Shown one piece after another: positions 36,647 to 49,300 of a DNA stretch of 60,568 bases (within the stretch, counting starts at the first letter, position 1; each line of letters starts with the position of its first letter). Where the stretch lies: IMG/VR virus record IMGVR_UViG_3300035047_000236; one strand, 5' to 3'. The notes below the pieces were generated by a model, which was not told where the DNA came from, made no database searches, and was given only the letters and a program-made list of their open reading frames with translations. The position numbers and the translations under genes are program-made. The stretch is from a virus.

Positions 36647-37897
36647 TTATATATCTTTTAAAAAAACATTACTACCTAACGCATTGAAAGCTGTTTTCCT
36701 ATAAAATGTTTCACATACAGTATATGTTTCTGAACCACTGACCGGCATTGGTAGTGGTGGATCAAATGTTAAAGTATTGTAAGTATTTGAAATAATTCTT
36801 CTTGTAGTATCCTCTTGTTCTCCGCTGGTTATTATTACTCCCATACCATTTAACTCATAGTCCTCCCATTCTTTATTATTATCTGATATTCCAGAAACTG
36901 TAGATAAAGATACTGCCCCAGAATACTTTTTATTTATACCTACAACATCATTATATGACCCATAAGATGAATGGTATAAATAACTTGAGTACCCTATTGT
37001 ACCATTAGATTCATAAAACAAAATTGGAGTTAGAGTTGTTTCCCCACTATTATACACATCATCTGGTACAACACTACCAAACACGGAACTTTGACTAATA
37101 CTGTTGTTACTTCCACCAGTAGTATACCTATTAACTATATTCCAATTTAAAAATTGTATACCGTCACCAACATAATTATATACTCCAACACTTGCCCAAG
37201 GAAAAGGTAATGGTCCAAATTTAGTTCCTGAAGCCATTGTATAAACTATATTATCAAAAGTTACTGTATCATTTACAGTATCTTTTGCAAATATTTTTGG
37301 TTTTGAAACATGCCCTAGTGGAGAAATTAATCTGTAATTTGCATTTGTTTTAAAATAAGAAGATTCTCCTGAATTAAGTTGTGCTACAACATTATTTCCA
37401 GGGTTAATTTCTTCTTGAAGTGTTGCTATTTTATTATCCCAAAGAGTGTTATCTATTCTAAAAACCATTAGACTATTATTTGAATTATTACTAGGCCTAT
37501 ATAAATCTAAATACATCACATCTTTATTACCACTTATTGTAAAAATATTATATGTATCTACATCACATATAATAAAGCCGGTATTTTTACTAGTATCGTC
37601 CCAACTGTAATCGTTTCCACCAGTTAATTGGTTTATAAAACTACCATCATCTGAATTATAATAATTTCCATGAGATAATTTAATACCTTTGTCATAAGCA
37701 TCATGTCTATAAATTCTAACATAAACAGGTAAATACCTTTCATCATGACCAACTGATTTAATAAAAATATCTCCATTAGTAGAAATTCTTTCATCTAAAA
37801 GTTCCCACCCAATTGTACCAACATTTTCTGAAATCTTAAGAAGTAAGTCATCCCTATTAGCAGCAACAATAGTTCCAGTAGAATAAATTCTTTCCAT
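36647..37897 (-). CDS. Putative virion/tail-associated protein, paralog B
   Basis: 416 aa; MERIYS vs MERVYS start; shared internal blocks with paralog A. Confidence 0.7.
   Translation of the reverse strand: MERIYSTGTIVAANRDDLLLKISENVGTIGWELLDERISTNGDIFIKSVGHDERYLPVYVRIYRHDAYDKGIKLSHGNYYNSDDGSFINQLTGGNDYSWDDTSKNTGFIICDVDTYNIFTISGNKDVMYLDLYRPSNNSNNSLMVFRIDNTLWDNKIATLQEEINPGNNVVAQLNSGESSYFKTNANYRLISPLGHVSKPKIFAKDTVNDTVTFDNIVYTMASGTKFGPLPFPWASVGVYNYVGDGIQFLNWNIVNRYTTGGSNNSISQSSVFGSVVPDDVYNSGETTLTPILFYESNGTIGYSSYLYHSSYGSYNDVVGINKKYSGAVSLSTVSGISDNNKEWEDYELNGMGVIITSGEQEDTTRRIISNTYNTLTFDPPLPMPVSGSETYTVCETFYRKTAFNALGSNVFLKDI
36693..36854. repeat. 162-bp direct repeat, copy 2
   Basis: Identical to 35443-35604. 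Confidence 0.92.
37195..37443. repeat. 249-bp direct repeat, copy 2
   Basis: Identical to 35939-36187. Confidence 0.92.
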
Positions 37898-37908
37898 AAA
37901 TCCTCCTA

Positions 37909-38676
37909 TTAATAATAAAAATCACAACTTTTTTCTCCCTCATCTAGAACATAAACCCCACTAGAGGTAGCCATAAATAATGTGTTAAAATCACCTGCCA
38001 AAGAAGTTCCCTCAGAAACATAAATATCTCTAATCTCCACACCATCTTTTAGAAAATTATATGGTGTTTTAAATGTTATGTCTGGTTCATCCCAATCACA
38101 CATATAGGAATTAACTTTACTAACTTGCCATGAATCTGTCAATCCTATATAATAAACTTCTCTTTTTGAAGTTAAAAAACTTTTGGTTATATTTTCTACA
38201 TAAGTAGAACTTTTAAACCCTTGATCATGTAAAGATATTACATCTACACCAACGTCAGTAGTTATTGATATTACATCATCTAATAAGAAAAGGTGGTTAA
38301 TTTTATCCGCCGCCGGTGAATAACTACTATCAAAATCAAATAAATTAGATGATAGATCTACTGGAAAATCATAATTTAATGATATACTACTCTTATATAG
38401 ATACTTTATTCCATCAGTAAATGTTCCTAAATATACTTTATCATTATTTCCGCATACAGATGAAAAACCTAACTCATATGGAACATAAGCGCCTTTTAAT
38501 TGATCTTGTAAACTAATTATATTCAACCCGCTGGAAGTTGCTGCAAACACATAATTATTATCTGTATATATTTGATACAGTAAGTCTACACATAGACCCC
38601 AAGTTACTATTTCAGAATCTATCCACTCATAGGTAGGTAGATCTACCCAAGTATACATATCACTGCACGAAGCCAT
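37909..38676 (-). CDS. Putative beta-propeller-like structural protein
   Basis: Blade-like repeats VFAATSSGLNII, VYLGTFTDGIKYL, ISITTDVGVDVI, LFMATSSGVYVL. Confidence 0.6.
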   Translation of the reverse strand: MASCSDMYTWVDLPTYEWIDSEIVTWGLCVDLLYQIYTDNNYVFAATSSGLNIISLQDQLKGAYVPYELGFSSVCGNNDKVYLGTFTDGIKYLYKSSISLNYDFPVDLSSNLFDFDSSYSPAADKINHLFLLDDVISITTDVGVDVISLHDQGFKSSTYVENITKSFLTSKREVYYIGLTDSWQVSKVNSYMCDWDEPDITFKTPYNFLKDGVEIRDIYVSEGTSLAGDFNTLFMATSSGVYVLDEGEKSCDFYY

Positions 38677-38679
38677 TAA

Positions 38680-40275
38680 TTAAAATTCCTCTGTATATAA
38701 TATACCGTTATCTGTAACTTTTACTAACCAATCATATCCTCCAGAAGAAGTTACTATTATACCATCAAAAGCTTCTATTCCTGATTCGGTTGTTCTTAAA
38801 TATCTATCAGATATTCCAGAGTATGTAGATGGTGTATCATCTAAATCTATGAAACTATTTTTAACTTCTGACCAAGAAATTCCTGAACCAGTTGATATAG
38901 CATAAAGACCTTCAGTTCCTGAGTAAGTTGTAGGTGTGTCCGTAAGTTCTAAAAATGATTTATCAAGTTGAACTTCTTGAAACTCAATACCTGAACCAGT
39001 TGATATAGAAAAATAACCCTCTGTGTTTAAATAAGTTGATGGAGTATCTTCTAACTCCAAAAACTTGTTTGGCATATTTTTCCAAACTACCGTTTCGTCT
39101 ACACGAAAAATGCCAGAATTAAAACCAGTAGGAGTACTATATACCAAAGATTCTTTTTTAAATCTAGCAATACCAAAGGGCCACGAGCTATTAGTTGAGT
39201 AAGCTGCAAATACCTCGTTACCTATATTTGAAAATGCAGGATTTAAACCATTTTCAGGATCTCCTCCTCCTTGCCACACACCATCTTTAGAAAACCAAAC
39301 CTTTTTAGAGTCCATATCAAGAGCAACTCCAATAGTTGCAGCAGTAAAACCATAGTTGCCTCCAAAAGACTCTGAATTGTTGCTATTGGTCTTTTTTCCG
39401 TCACCGTCATAAGACCACCCATTTGAATCTCTTCCAAGTCTAATATTTAAATCAGCATCCAAAGTAGCTATTCCAACAGACATATCATATTCAGGTGAAT
39501 TATATATTCTATTATAAATCTCCCAATAAAATTTACCTGAAGTAACCCCAATAGAGCTTAATGCAGTAGCAAAACCTCCTGAAGAATTAGCTTTCAAATC
39601 ACCTTCGGACAAAACAATATTAGTCCCTTTATACACACTACTCCATAAAGTTTCATCTTTATTTAAAATATAAGTCTTAGCCTTTAAAAACAAATTACCA
39701 TAATTACAATCACTATAATAATCACCCAATAAACCAAAACTATTTTCTGGATCATTGTAGCCAAATAACCAATTAGAATAATTATCAACAAAAACAACAC
39801 CATCCCCATTAGATTTTAAAAAGAATTCTTCAGTTCCAGAATATGTGGCTGGTGTGTCATTTAAATCTATAAAATTTTTCTTAATTTCTGCCCAAGAAAC
39901 TCCAGAACCAGTAGAAGAAGCAAATAAACCTTCGGTTCCAGAATAAGTTGTTGGGGTATCAGTTAAACTTATAAAATCAAGTGGCGGTGGTTCTATATAA
40001 CCGCCATCGCCCTCAGAGTTTGAATGGAAGTGATCTGGTAAATTACCAACATCTCCTGGCTTAACAACACCATAAAGAACATCAACAATATTTAAAGTCA
40101 ATGTGCTTTCATCAACAACAACTGTAGTAACAGAAGAAAAAGTAGACGATACAACTTTAACGTATTTGAAACCATCTTCACCACAATCAACCTTGAGGCG
40201 TCTGTTCTCTACAAACTCATCTGTTTTATCGCCTAATACACTGAAAGAATTACTACTTATAAATGTAGCTTCCAT
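38680..40275 (-). CDS. Putative tail-fibre-like protein with SPRY/B30.2 domain flanked by DTP-x-TY repeats
   Basis: SGKFYWEI, VGIA, IGVALDMDSKKVWFSKDG (SPRY); five F-x-x-L-x-DTP-x-TY repeats. Confidence 0.75.
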   Translation of the reverse strand: MEATFISSNSFSVLGDKTDEFVENRRLKVDCGEDGFKYVKVVSSTFSSVTTVVVDESTLTLNIVDVLYGVVKPGDVGNLPDHFHSNSEGDGGYIEPPPLDFISLTDTPTTYSGTEGLFASSTGSGVSWAEIKKNFIDLNDTPATYSGTEEFFLKSNGDGVVFVDNYSNWLFGYNDPENSFGLLGDYYSDCNYGNLFLKAKTYILNKDETLWSSVYKGTNIVLSEGDLKANSSGGFATALSSIGVTSGKFYWEIYNRIYNSPEYDMSVGIATLDADLNIRLGRDSNGWSYDGDGKKTNSNNSESFGGNYGFTAATIGVALDMDSKKVWFSKDGVWQGGGDPENGLNPAFSNIGNEVFAAYSTNSSWPFGIARFKKESLVYSTPTGFNSGIFRVDETVVWKNMPNKFLELEDTPSTYLNTEGYFSISTGSGIEFQEVQLDKSFLELTDTPTTYSGTEGLYAISTGSGISWSEVKNSFIDLDDTPSTYSGISDRYLRTTESGIEAFDGIIVTSSGGYDWLVKVTDNGILYTEEF

Positions 40276-40278
40276 AAA

Positions 40279-43200
40279 TTATATCCCCCACCAACATCTT
40301 AATTTAGTATTATACTCTTTTTCTTCTGCTTCATTTGAGAATTCTGTTTTTAAATACACTGGTTTTGATGTCTTTGGATAAATACCAGTAACTTTTGTTG
40401 GCTCGGGAAAAAATATCTTATTTAGGTAAGGTGTTTCTGCCCCCGGCTCAGCATTAAATTTCAATTTTACTTGATGAAACTTCTTATTTTCCAACCTAAT
40501 TTTATTTATATTCATTTCCTTCCAGTAGTCATCTAACCACACAGGGTCATTAGTATATTTAAAAATATCTACACACCCATCATTTATCATTTCATCATAA
40601 CTTATATATATAGGACATCCAACATAAGAAGATGATTGATATGAGGAAAAATCAAAATAATTTGTTATATTACCATAAATATCTATACGATAAGTTTTAT
40701 TAAAAGTTGCTGAACTTACAATACAGCCACTACCACATCCAAGTATATGATCTATAGTAGGAGCAGCTATATCTTTAATGAGAGTTCCATCACATGAATA
40801 CATTAATACCCTATTATAACCATCTATAAACCATAAAAATAAATCATTATTATCTCTAACAGTTATAGACATTCCATTTATAATATAAAATTGCGGAAGT
40901 TGAAAACTATTAACCTCTGTACCATCATAACTGAGTTCTACTACATTTTTTGTGGCAAAATCATACACATAACACCCGCCAGAAGATGACGCTGTTATAT
41001 ATTTTGGATCTGAGAAAGATATTGAGCACAACTCGTCTTGTAGATCATTTATATTAACCACTATTTTACTTGAGGTATCTATATACCAACAAGCACCTGT
41101 TGTTTTACTGGCAGAAATACAAGAAATAAAATCACTTGTTGATTTAGTTAAAGCAAATTCTTGTGACATATCATAATTCATTTTTCTTAAGGCATTGTCT
41201 CCATATACCCAAACATTTCCCAATACATCAACATCCAATACTTTTGTGTTATAAACTCTATAGGCATTACTATAGCTGCTTTGGTGTGTTGTTCTTTTTT
41301 GTATTAAATCATATCTGAAAAAAGCTGAGCTTGTTGTTCCATTTCTTACTAAAAGTATTAAATCAATATTAGATCTATCAAATAAAATTCTATCTATGTT
41401 ATATGAACTTGAAGATGTTATATTTATTTTATCAAATGTATCATCTATATCTCCACTAACTGTATCACAATCTACTATATAAAAATTATTAAAGTTGTCT
41501 CTTCTACCTAGTAATATCTTATCATAGGCGCGGGGTGTTTCGTTACTGCTTTTTATTTCTATGACATCGCTTACTGAATCACTACAAGAAATACTGCTTC
41601 CGCTGCTAGTTGTTCTATCAATAGACAGATATGCTGAATTGAAGGTGTCACCAATATCTATTATGGGTGTTGTATAATAGCCATGTCTATTATAGTTTTT
41701 ATCTGTCCCTATTGGGAAAATAAATATCTCATTACTTAAATCGTTGTTTAAGCTTGTAACCATGACATTTATCATACCGTCTGACGATTGAAAACATAAC
41801 AAGCTAGGAGGTCTATCTAATTTAACACTGTAAGGTAGCAAAAACATATTTAAACTTAAATCTTCCAAGTTATAAACATATAAATAATCACCATAATAGT
41901 AACCACAATAAACAAAGTAATTTTTATAATAAGAAATTACTCTATCTCTTCTGTCTGTTGATTCTATTTTCCAAGCAGTATCCCAAGTATCTGTAGCAAC
42001 ATAATATTTTTGAAAATTATTAGTTCCTTGATATTGTGATGTTTCTCCACAATCAATATAAACTACATTTTCCTCTGCTCCATATGACATTGTAACACAT
42101 GTAGTAGCAGTATCAGTAGAGCTGTTCCCATTTGTATAATAGTCAGTGCTAAGAGATTCCCATGTATTACTTGTTACATCGTACCTCTTATGCGATTTTC
42201 CATAATTTCGATAGCTAGATGTTGTTAAAGAATATATATATCTATTCCTATCTGAACACATTCCTGCCTGTCTTTGATATGAAGGGCCGGCATGTGCTGG
42301 TCCAACCAGAGTTTCCCAGTCCCCACCATTAACAACATCATATCTAACAAACGATCCACCAAAATTAACAATAATATAAACATAGTTTCCTAAACAAGAC
42401 ATACACGCATATCCGTCTGCTCCATATGAACTTGGAAGAGTTTTTATAAACTCCCATGAATTGTTATCATAAGTATATTTATAAAGATATAAAGAACTAA
42501 CCCCTGAAGGCCTACATATAGCATATATAATACCTTCAGAAAACCAATCCATACAGTTTTCTCCAACATTAAAATATGTTCCACCTGGTTGTTCTACTAA
42601 CGGAACTAAAGTTTTAATAACATCATTAAAACTATCAGAACTAAAAGTGCTTGGCAATAATTGAATAGAGTTATTAATCTCAAGGGTATGACTAAATTCT
42701 CCCATTGACCAATTATATTTATTCTGACTATTGTTGTCTATACCGATTCCATCATATATACCTTTATACTCACCATCAAAAGAGTTTGCAATCTTTATAT
42801 ACTCAGAACCACTTTCAAAAGGATCTGGCATTATATATGCATCAATAGATGGGTTTCCTAAATCAGCATTATTGTATAGATATAATTCAGTATTCTCACT
42901 CATATCATCCAAAACTATGTCTACTAAATTTCCATCTTTTCCAAATAAAATATCAAAATCATCATTATAAACTATGGCTTCGTATAAATGTCCTTGCTCT
43001 TCTTCTATGACCATTCTTATATATTTTGGAGCAAAAGGATCAGGGTGATTTATTGTATAGAATTTGTCTCCTTCTAAATCTTTATCTAACTCTATATAAT
43101 CTCCTGACTCATAATTTTTGTAATAAAAACTAATACTTCCTGATGCTGATGGATTTCCTGCGGCGGCTGAAAAAAATAAACTAACTTCATCCAACTTTAT

Positions 43201-43380
43201 CCTATTTGGCATTTCTATATCAATAAATAAAATGTCAGATGAAGATAATGATACACCAGAAGAAGTAGTATTATTATCATATAAAAGTTCTATCTGATTT
43301 ATTGACAGCTCTAAATTACCAGTACCACTAACAATAGGTGTATCAACTAAACTGTTTCTTATTAAATTATACTTAGCCAT
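40279..43380 (-). CDS. Putative virion protein with Kelch-like and second beta-propeller regions (1033 aa)
   Basis: Kelch-like Y....W repeats (YTYDNNSW, YDVVNGGDW, YDVTSNTW, YYVATDTW), then NHL-like blades. Confidence 0.6.
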   Translation of the reverse strand: MAKYNLIRNSLVDTPIVSGTGNLELSINQIELLYDNNTTSSGVSLSSSDILFIDIEMPNRIKLDEVSLFFSAAAGNPSASGSISFYYKNYESGDYIELDKDLEGDKFYTINHPDPFAPKYIRMVIEEEQGHLYEAIVYNDDFDILFGKDGNLVDIVLDDMSENTELYLYNNADLGNPSIDAYIMPDPFESGSEYIKIANSFDGEYKGIYDGIGIDNNSQNKYNWSMGEFSHTLEINNSIQLLPSTFSSDSFNDVIKTLVPLVEQPGGTYFNVGENCMDWFSEGIIYAICRPSGVSSLYLYKYTYDNNSWEFIKTLPSSYGADGYACMSCLGNYVYIIVNFGGSFVRYDVVNGGDWETLVGPAHAGPSYQRQAGMCSDRNRYIYSLTTSSYRNYGKSHKRYDVTSNTWESLSTDYYTNGNSSTDTATTCVTMSYGAEENVVYIDCGETSQYQGTNNFQKYYVATDTWDTAWKIESTDRRDRVISYYKNYFVYCGYYYGDYLYVYNLEDLSLNMFLLPYSVKLDRPPSLLCFQSSDGMINVMVTSLNNDLSNEIFIFPIGTDKNYNRHGYYTTPIIDIGDTFNSAYLSIDRTTSSGSSISCSDSVSDVIEIKSSNETPRAYDKILLGRRDNFNNFYIVDCDTVSGDIDDTFDKINITSSSSYNIDRILFDRSNIDLILLVRNGTTSSAFFRYDLIQKRTTHQSSYSNAYRVYNTKVLDVDVLGNVWVYGDNALRKMNYDMSQEFALTKSTSDFISCISASKTTGACWYIDTSSKIVVNINDLQDELCSISFSDPKYITASSSGGCYVYDFATKNVVELSYDGTEVNSFQLPQFYIINGMSITVRDNNDLFLWFIDGYNRVLMYSCDGTLIKDIAAPTIDHILGCGSGCIVSSATFNKTYRIDIYGNITNYFDFSSYQSSSYVGCPIYISYDEMINDGCVDIFKYTNDPVWLDDYWKEMNINKIRLENKKFHQVKLKFNAEPGAETPYLNKIFFPEPTKVTGIYPKTSKPVYLKTEFSNEAEEKEYNTKLRCWWGI

Positions 43381-43384
43381 TGAG

Positions 43385-46300
43385 TTATACTATAACCTCC
43401 CAATCTATATCTAAAGTTCCATGGTTTTTACTAGAAAGTTCCATATTACTTTTATCTATTCTTGTATAAATTACAACTTTGTCTCCTGGAGGAACACTGT
43501 TAAACTTCAATGGTAGTTCTCCAGAGTTTATATCATAGAAGTTTTCACCATCTTTTGATATTTGTAAAAGAGAATTACTACTTACCCTTTCTAACTCTAT
43601 AGGGGATAGTTTATTAATGTCAAATTTATCTTTACAATAATTATATACTTTTACATTACTGAATATGGCGCTCCCTTCTTCATCATTATTATCGGCTAAT
43701 ATAGAACTTCCGCCTCCTAGTCTTAAAGCGGCAGATTTTGCATCTCCTACTTCCCAAGTGTCTTTAGATGAAATAACAAGTTCTCCATTTATATACAATC
43801 TTATTGTGTCCTTATTATCTGTTCCACTTCCATCATTACTCCAAACTAGAGCTATATGTAAAACATCATTATTATTAAAGCTCACTGTATTTAAGTCATA
43901 CTTGTAAGGGTCAATTACTAACTTGTTATAATCATATCTTGCTCCCCCAAAACCTACTTCAAACCAACCAGAAGATCTAATGCTTAAAGATATGAGCTCG
44001 TTGTTATTGTTTACTATTGTGAATAAAGTTCTAGATCTTACATCACCAAATATATCCATACCTGCTGTATTAGTGTATAACTTTAAGAAGCACTCTACTG
44101 TGCCTTCTCTTAAACTTAAACCACCTATAGGTAAATCTGCATATTCTTTCCAAGTTAAACACAAACCATTGTCCCCAAATTTTACAGGGTCATTATAATA
44201 GTTTCTCTTCACAGTTATACCATCTAATAACATATAAAATGATTCACCTTTACCTCTATAAACCATACCAAAGGAGGTAAAGTAACTTTCTCTGAAATCC
44301 AGATCTTTATCTAACATGCCAGTGGTTCCAGACTTTAGAGGTGCAGTAACAGTATTATCATCAAACCTTAAATCTAATTTGTTCCAACCTGTCTTTAAAT
44401 TCAACTCAGAAAAGTCCCATGTGTATATAGCTATGTTTGGTGTTAAAGATTTACTTTCTCCATCTCTATCATAAAAGGTTTCTTGGGGGCCTCCATAAAA
44501 GGACCCAAAACCAAAACCTCCATCTTCTAAGTATAGCTTATCTATGTCAGATATATATAACCAAAAACTTAAAATGTCTTTAACAGACCAATCCTGATCC
44601 CAGCCAAAATGATCACCTTCTATAAAATCTACCCTATCAACTCCTGAAGATGTTGGGTAATCTATTCTAAGGGACGAAGAACCTTCCTTAGTATTAACAA
44701 AATCTCTTGATAAAGTGCTTCCTGTAGTTGACCACCACCAACTCTTCTCTGTAGGTTTATATTTTCCTGAAGCAAAAACTTTTAGTTTATTTAAATAATC
44801 TATACCAAACTTACTTGAATCATTATCATAAGAGAAGTCTGTAGCTGTGTTTCTTTTTATCGAAACCCATCTTGTATTATAACTACTTTTTGTTGCTGAT
44901 AAGTTTCTAACACCCCAAGTTCCAAGATCTCCTGAAGAACTAAACACCTTTATAGAATAGTTTCCAGAGTTACTTATACTAAAATTACTATACTGAGAAA
45001 TCCACCCTGTAGATATATTTTTTGAATAACATGACACAGAGGTATTACCTATAAATGTTATATAAATAGAATCTTCATCCCTCGCACCATAAGTATTCCA
45101 TGAAAAATTATAATATCCAGACGGTAAATAAATAGAATCAGACAGAGACATATTACTAAGAAGCCCTGTATAATCCAATAAAGTGTCATTATAAACAAAC
45201 AAAGGATTTGAAGTTGGACTACCAAAAAAATCAACCTTATTAGGATCACTAGTAGAATAATCAGAGTATTTTAAAAACTCATCAGAATCATCCCAATCTA
45301 TATTTTCGTCTTCAATTACTTTAGTAGTTATAGCTTCAACATTAGATACATTAAAGTTATCTTGTAGATTTACACACACTACTGGATGATCTTCACTGTT
45401 CACCATATCAGAAGAATTATCTAACCAAACTTCAAACTCTCTAACAAATCCTCCATCAATATAAGTATACTCACCAGAATTAGTGTCGTAAACACTTACT
45501 GGTTCTGATGGTTTGGTTACAGATGTTATTTCAAATTTTATATATCTTGCTAATTTTCCTTCGTCTAATATATGTTCTGTGTAATAGCTATTGTTATCGC
45601 TAACAACAAACAGTAAATCCAAATCTTCGTATCCAATATAAGTTTCCCAAGAGCCTCCGTTAATTGTTCCATTGTTACCATCCACTACATCTATTGCAGT
45701 GTTTCCAGTTCCTTCATCAAGTTTATAGTAAGCAACTAAGCCCTCCTCATCACCATTAAAATCTGTATACATAGTGTTTTGAACTTCTTCTTGTGTAAGA
45801 TCTTCATTCCATATATTAACATTCCTTATTCCACCACTAAAATGATCAGTTGTAGAAGAATCGTCATATTCTTGACCAATTGAAACTTTGTCGTTTGAAG
45901 CTACAAATATTTTATTACCTGTCACAAAAGAATTATCAATAAGTCCATCTACATATAATGAGGCTGTATTATTTGAAACGTTATAAGTAAGTGTTACATA
46001 TCTCCAAACATTGTTCGCAACATCTGTATTACCTATATACCAGTTTGAGCCATCGTATATGCCCATACCATCAGTTCTAATCAACCATAAAGCTCTATTA
46101 CCACCTGTTGAGGTATTTATTGTAACTACTCCTTTATGATCTTGTGGATGACACTTAATCCAAGCAGATAATGTGAAACTACCACTATGTATTAAAGACG
46201 ATACTGAGTCAATGTTTACATAGTCATCCAAGCCATCAAAATTAAGAAAATTAATAGTATCAGTATCTGCGGTATCTCCTGCATATATAAAAAAATCATT

Positions 46301-49300
46301 ATTTAACCAAGTATCTTTATCTACATCATTATAACTATGTGTTATACAAAACTTATTTACAAAATAAGAATCTCCAAGATCCAATATAAAATAAGGATTA
46401 TTTACACCATCAAAAACAAATGCCCAACAATTATCAAAACCTGTCAAAGATGTATCTCCAGATAAACAATTTTCCGGCGCCCAATTAAAATAGTTTTCAG
46501 AAGATTCAACTATTTCCCCAGAAGTTGCTAGATTATATGTCTCTCTATAATCAGTAAGAATATTACCTAGTGATTTCCAATCACAATTAAACCCACCATC
46601 ATACCTATATGCGTGTGTCGTATCTGAGTATACACCTAATTTGTCTATTACTCTTGTTTGACCATCACCACACAATAAGGGTATTTTTATCCATCTAAAA
46701 AATTCCTCGGACGCTCTTAACTCACCAAAATTTAAACCATAAGCTTTGAATTCATTTACGGTCGCTACAGAGTTTACGTTATTAGAACCAATTATATTTA
46801 TTTTTATATATCTACAAACAATATCAATGTCTTCCATTAATAAATAATTACCTGTGGAGTAACCTGAATACTCGATCCAGCTCGCATTATCTAAACTATA
46901 TTCAACATTATAATTATACGATACTGCAGTATCATATGATAAAATTAATTCAAATTTATTTATACTTTTTATTTCCCCAAAATCAATTTTCCACCAAGCT
47001 GGAACAGATGAGTTTGATTGCCAATAAGTAGATTGGTTTTCGTCAACAACCATACTACTTAAATGACCGGCAGCTTCAGAAGAAGCATAAGTTTCCATAC
47101 CAAGAGCTGTGTTTATGTCAATATGTGATGTATACACTACTTCAGTTGGGTCATCTGTGTCTGAAATAGAGTATTGAATATCTAGTGATGAAAGTAATAC
47201 TTTATCAGTATTTAAACCATAGCTTCTGATAAAATCTATATAATGGGAGTTTTTAAGATCTATAGCTAAATAATTAGTAACATTAGAAAAATTAAAATCT
47301 ACGTGTAAGTAATAATCTTTAAGTATAAACTGCAATTCTGATATGTAATTATACCTATTATCCCCACCTTCAGGTGATAGTCTAACCCACTTAGCTGTTA
47401 TAGGGGTTTGTAAGTAAAAAGACTCACACCATCCAGGATAACTTGATGGTCCTACCAAACCTGAAAAATTATTAGCAAAAACCCAATCGCCATCTTCACC
47501 ATTTGTTGAGTTATTTGAATAATACAGCTTATAGCTATTTTTTATTTTATTGTAAGTTAATGACCCATTTGTACTATCTATTCCTATAAAAATACCATAT
47601 ACTGTACTGGTTCCTCCAAGATCTATATTAAAATTAGCATTAGTGTAAGTATATGTGCTATCCACATTATTATCGAAATAAACATCTGTTTGTGATGTTC
47701 CTCTATAAGCAATTAAATTGTTTTGATTGTTATAAACATCTTTGTAAAATTTTAAGTATCTTATTGCTGATGTGAAAGTTTCATAACCACCATATTTAGT
47801 GGCATGATTATTGTTATAAATATATGGCACATCCAAAAAATCACCTGATCTGTCAAGCCAAGTTGACACTTCGTTTTTTGAATTTAATACTACATTTTCA
47901 AGTTCTGAAGAAAGCCATAAAGAAGAGTTTATAGCTAACGGGGTCCAATCTATGCCTGATGTAATTGTATATAATTCAGGCACAACTATAAATTCCTCTC
48001 CATATTCAAACCCATATCCTGACGTTGTTGTAGTTACTCTGTCATCGGATATTGCGGTGCCTGAACATTCCCAAGCATAATAACTTGGTGTATAACATTT
48101 AGTGAAAGTTGTACTATTAAAATTTAATCTAGCTACTGTGTTATGTCCACAATCTAGTTGACAATTAATAAAATAAATTTCAGGTTCATGGAGTTGAACA
48201 TCAAAAGCATATGAATTACTACCAGCCCAAAACAAGCATCTATTAAACATTACTTCTACACTACTTGAGCTTATATAAAAATTACTTCTCCATTCCAAAT
48301 TATTATAAAACTTTATATCTTCAAAAAAAAGTTTTGTAGTTCCCTGTGCACCAGTAGCATTCTGTGGATCAGATATTTCAACATCATCTATAACACCACT
48401 TAAGCCTTTAAACATTAAATTTTTTGAGAAAAGCCCGCTTGGTGTATATTGTCCTGGAAAAACTAAAATAAGTGTTCCTGGATTAACACTACTAACAACA
48501 GTATCTATATCAATATAATTATCAACATAGGAAGAAATTTGATATTCTCCATTATCTATTCCTAATGTCGCTATTTCCCCATTCCATAAATCTATAAATG
48601 GGTGGCTAAATGAACTTTCTGTTAACGGTTGTGTTGTTTTATATGGGTGTCCGGATGGAAGATTTGTTTCAAGTCCCCATTTGTGGGCAAGGTATCCTTC
48701 TATTTTTTGTCTATCATCTAATGATATTAAATTGTCAACAACAATTATTTCTTTTACTCCGCCATCAAACCATCCATAACCAGAACCTCCCAATGTCATC
48801 TTCAGGCCAATAGGACTTTTTGTAGATGTTAGCCCTGTGTGCTCATGAACTCCGTTAACATAAAAAGATGTTTGTCTATTTATTACTTCAGCATTTAATA
48901 TATTGTATTCTGACAAATCCTTGGAAAGTACCGATATTGCAGGCATATAAGACGCTGCATGCTCATATGCCGATATTCCATTTGTACCTAACGACAGACC
49001 CCAACCAGTTGTGTGGAATGGGTATATAAGATATCTCTGACCACTGGTACCACCAACTCCATAATTACTTTGTGAATCTATTTCATGAGTAGCGTCTGAA
49101 CTTGCAACAACAAACACACTAAATGTACTTTCACATATAACACTGTCATTTGATAAAAAATTATCAACACCATCGAAATCTATATAATGATTTGCCGAAA
49201 CATATATAGGACGATAGCTTGTATTGCTCTGTGTTATATGATTATCCATTCCAGACTTATCTGCCCACTTCTCAACATAACCACCATCTATAGTTATTGA

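Noticed and set aside
35164-37443. CRISPR array or diversity-generating retroelement
   Set aside because: Repeats are 81-249 bp, in frame and coding, with no spacers; copies are identical rather than differing at adenines; no reverse transcriptase in the window.
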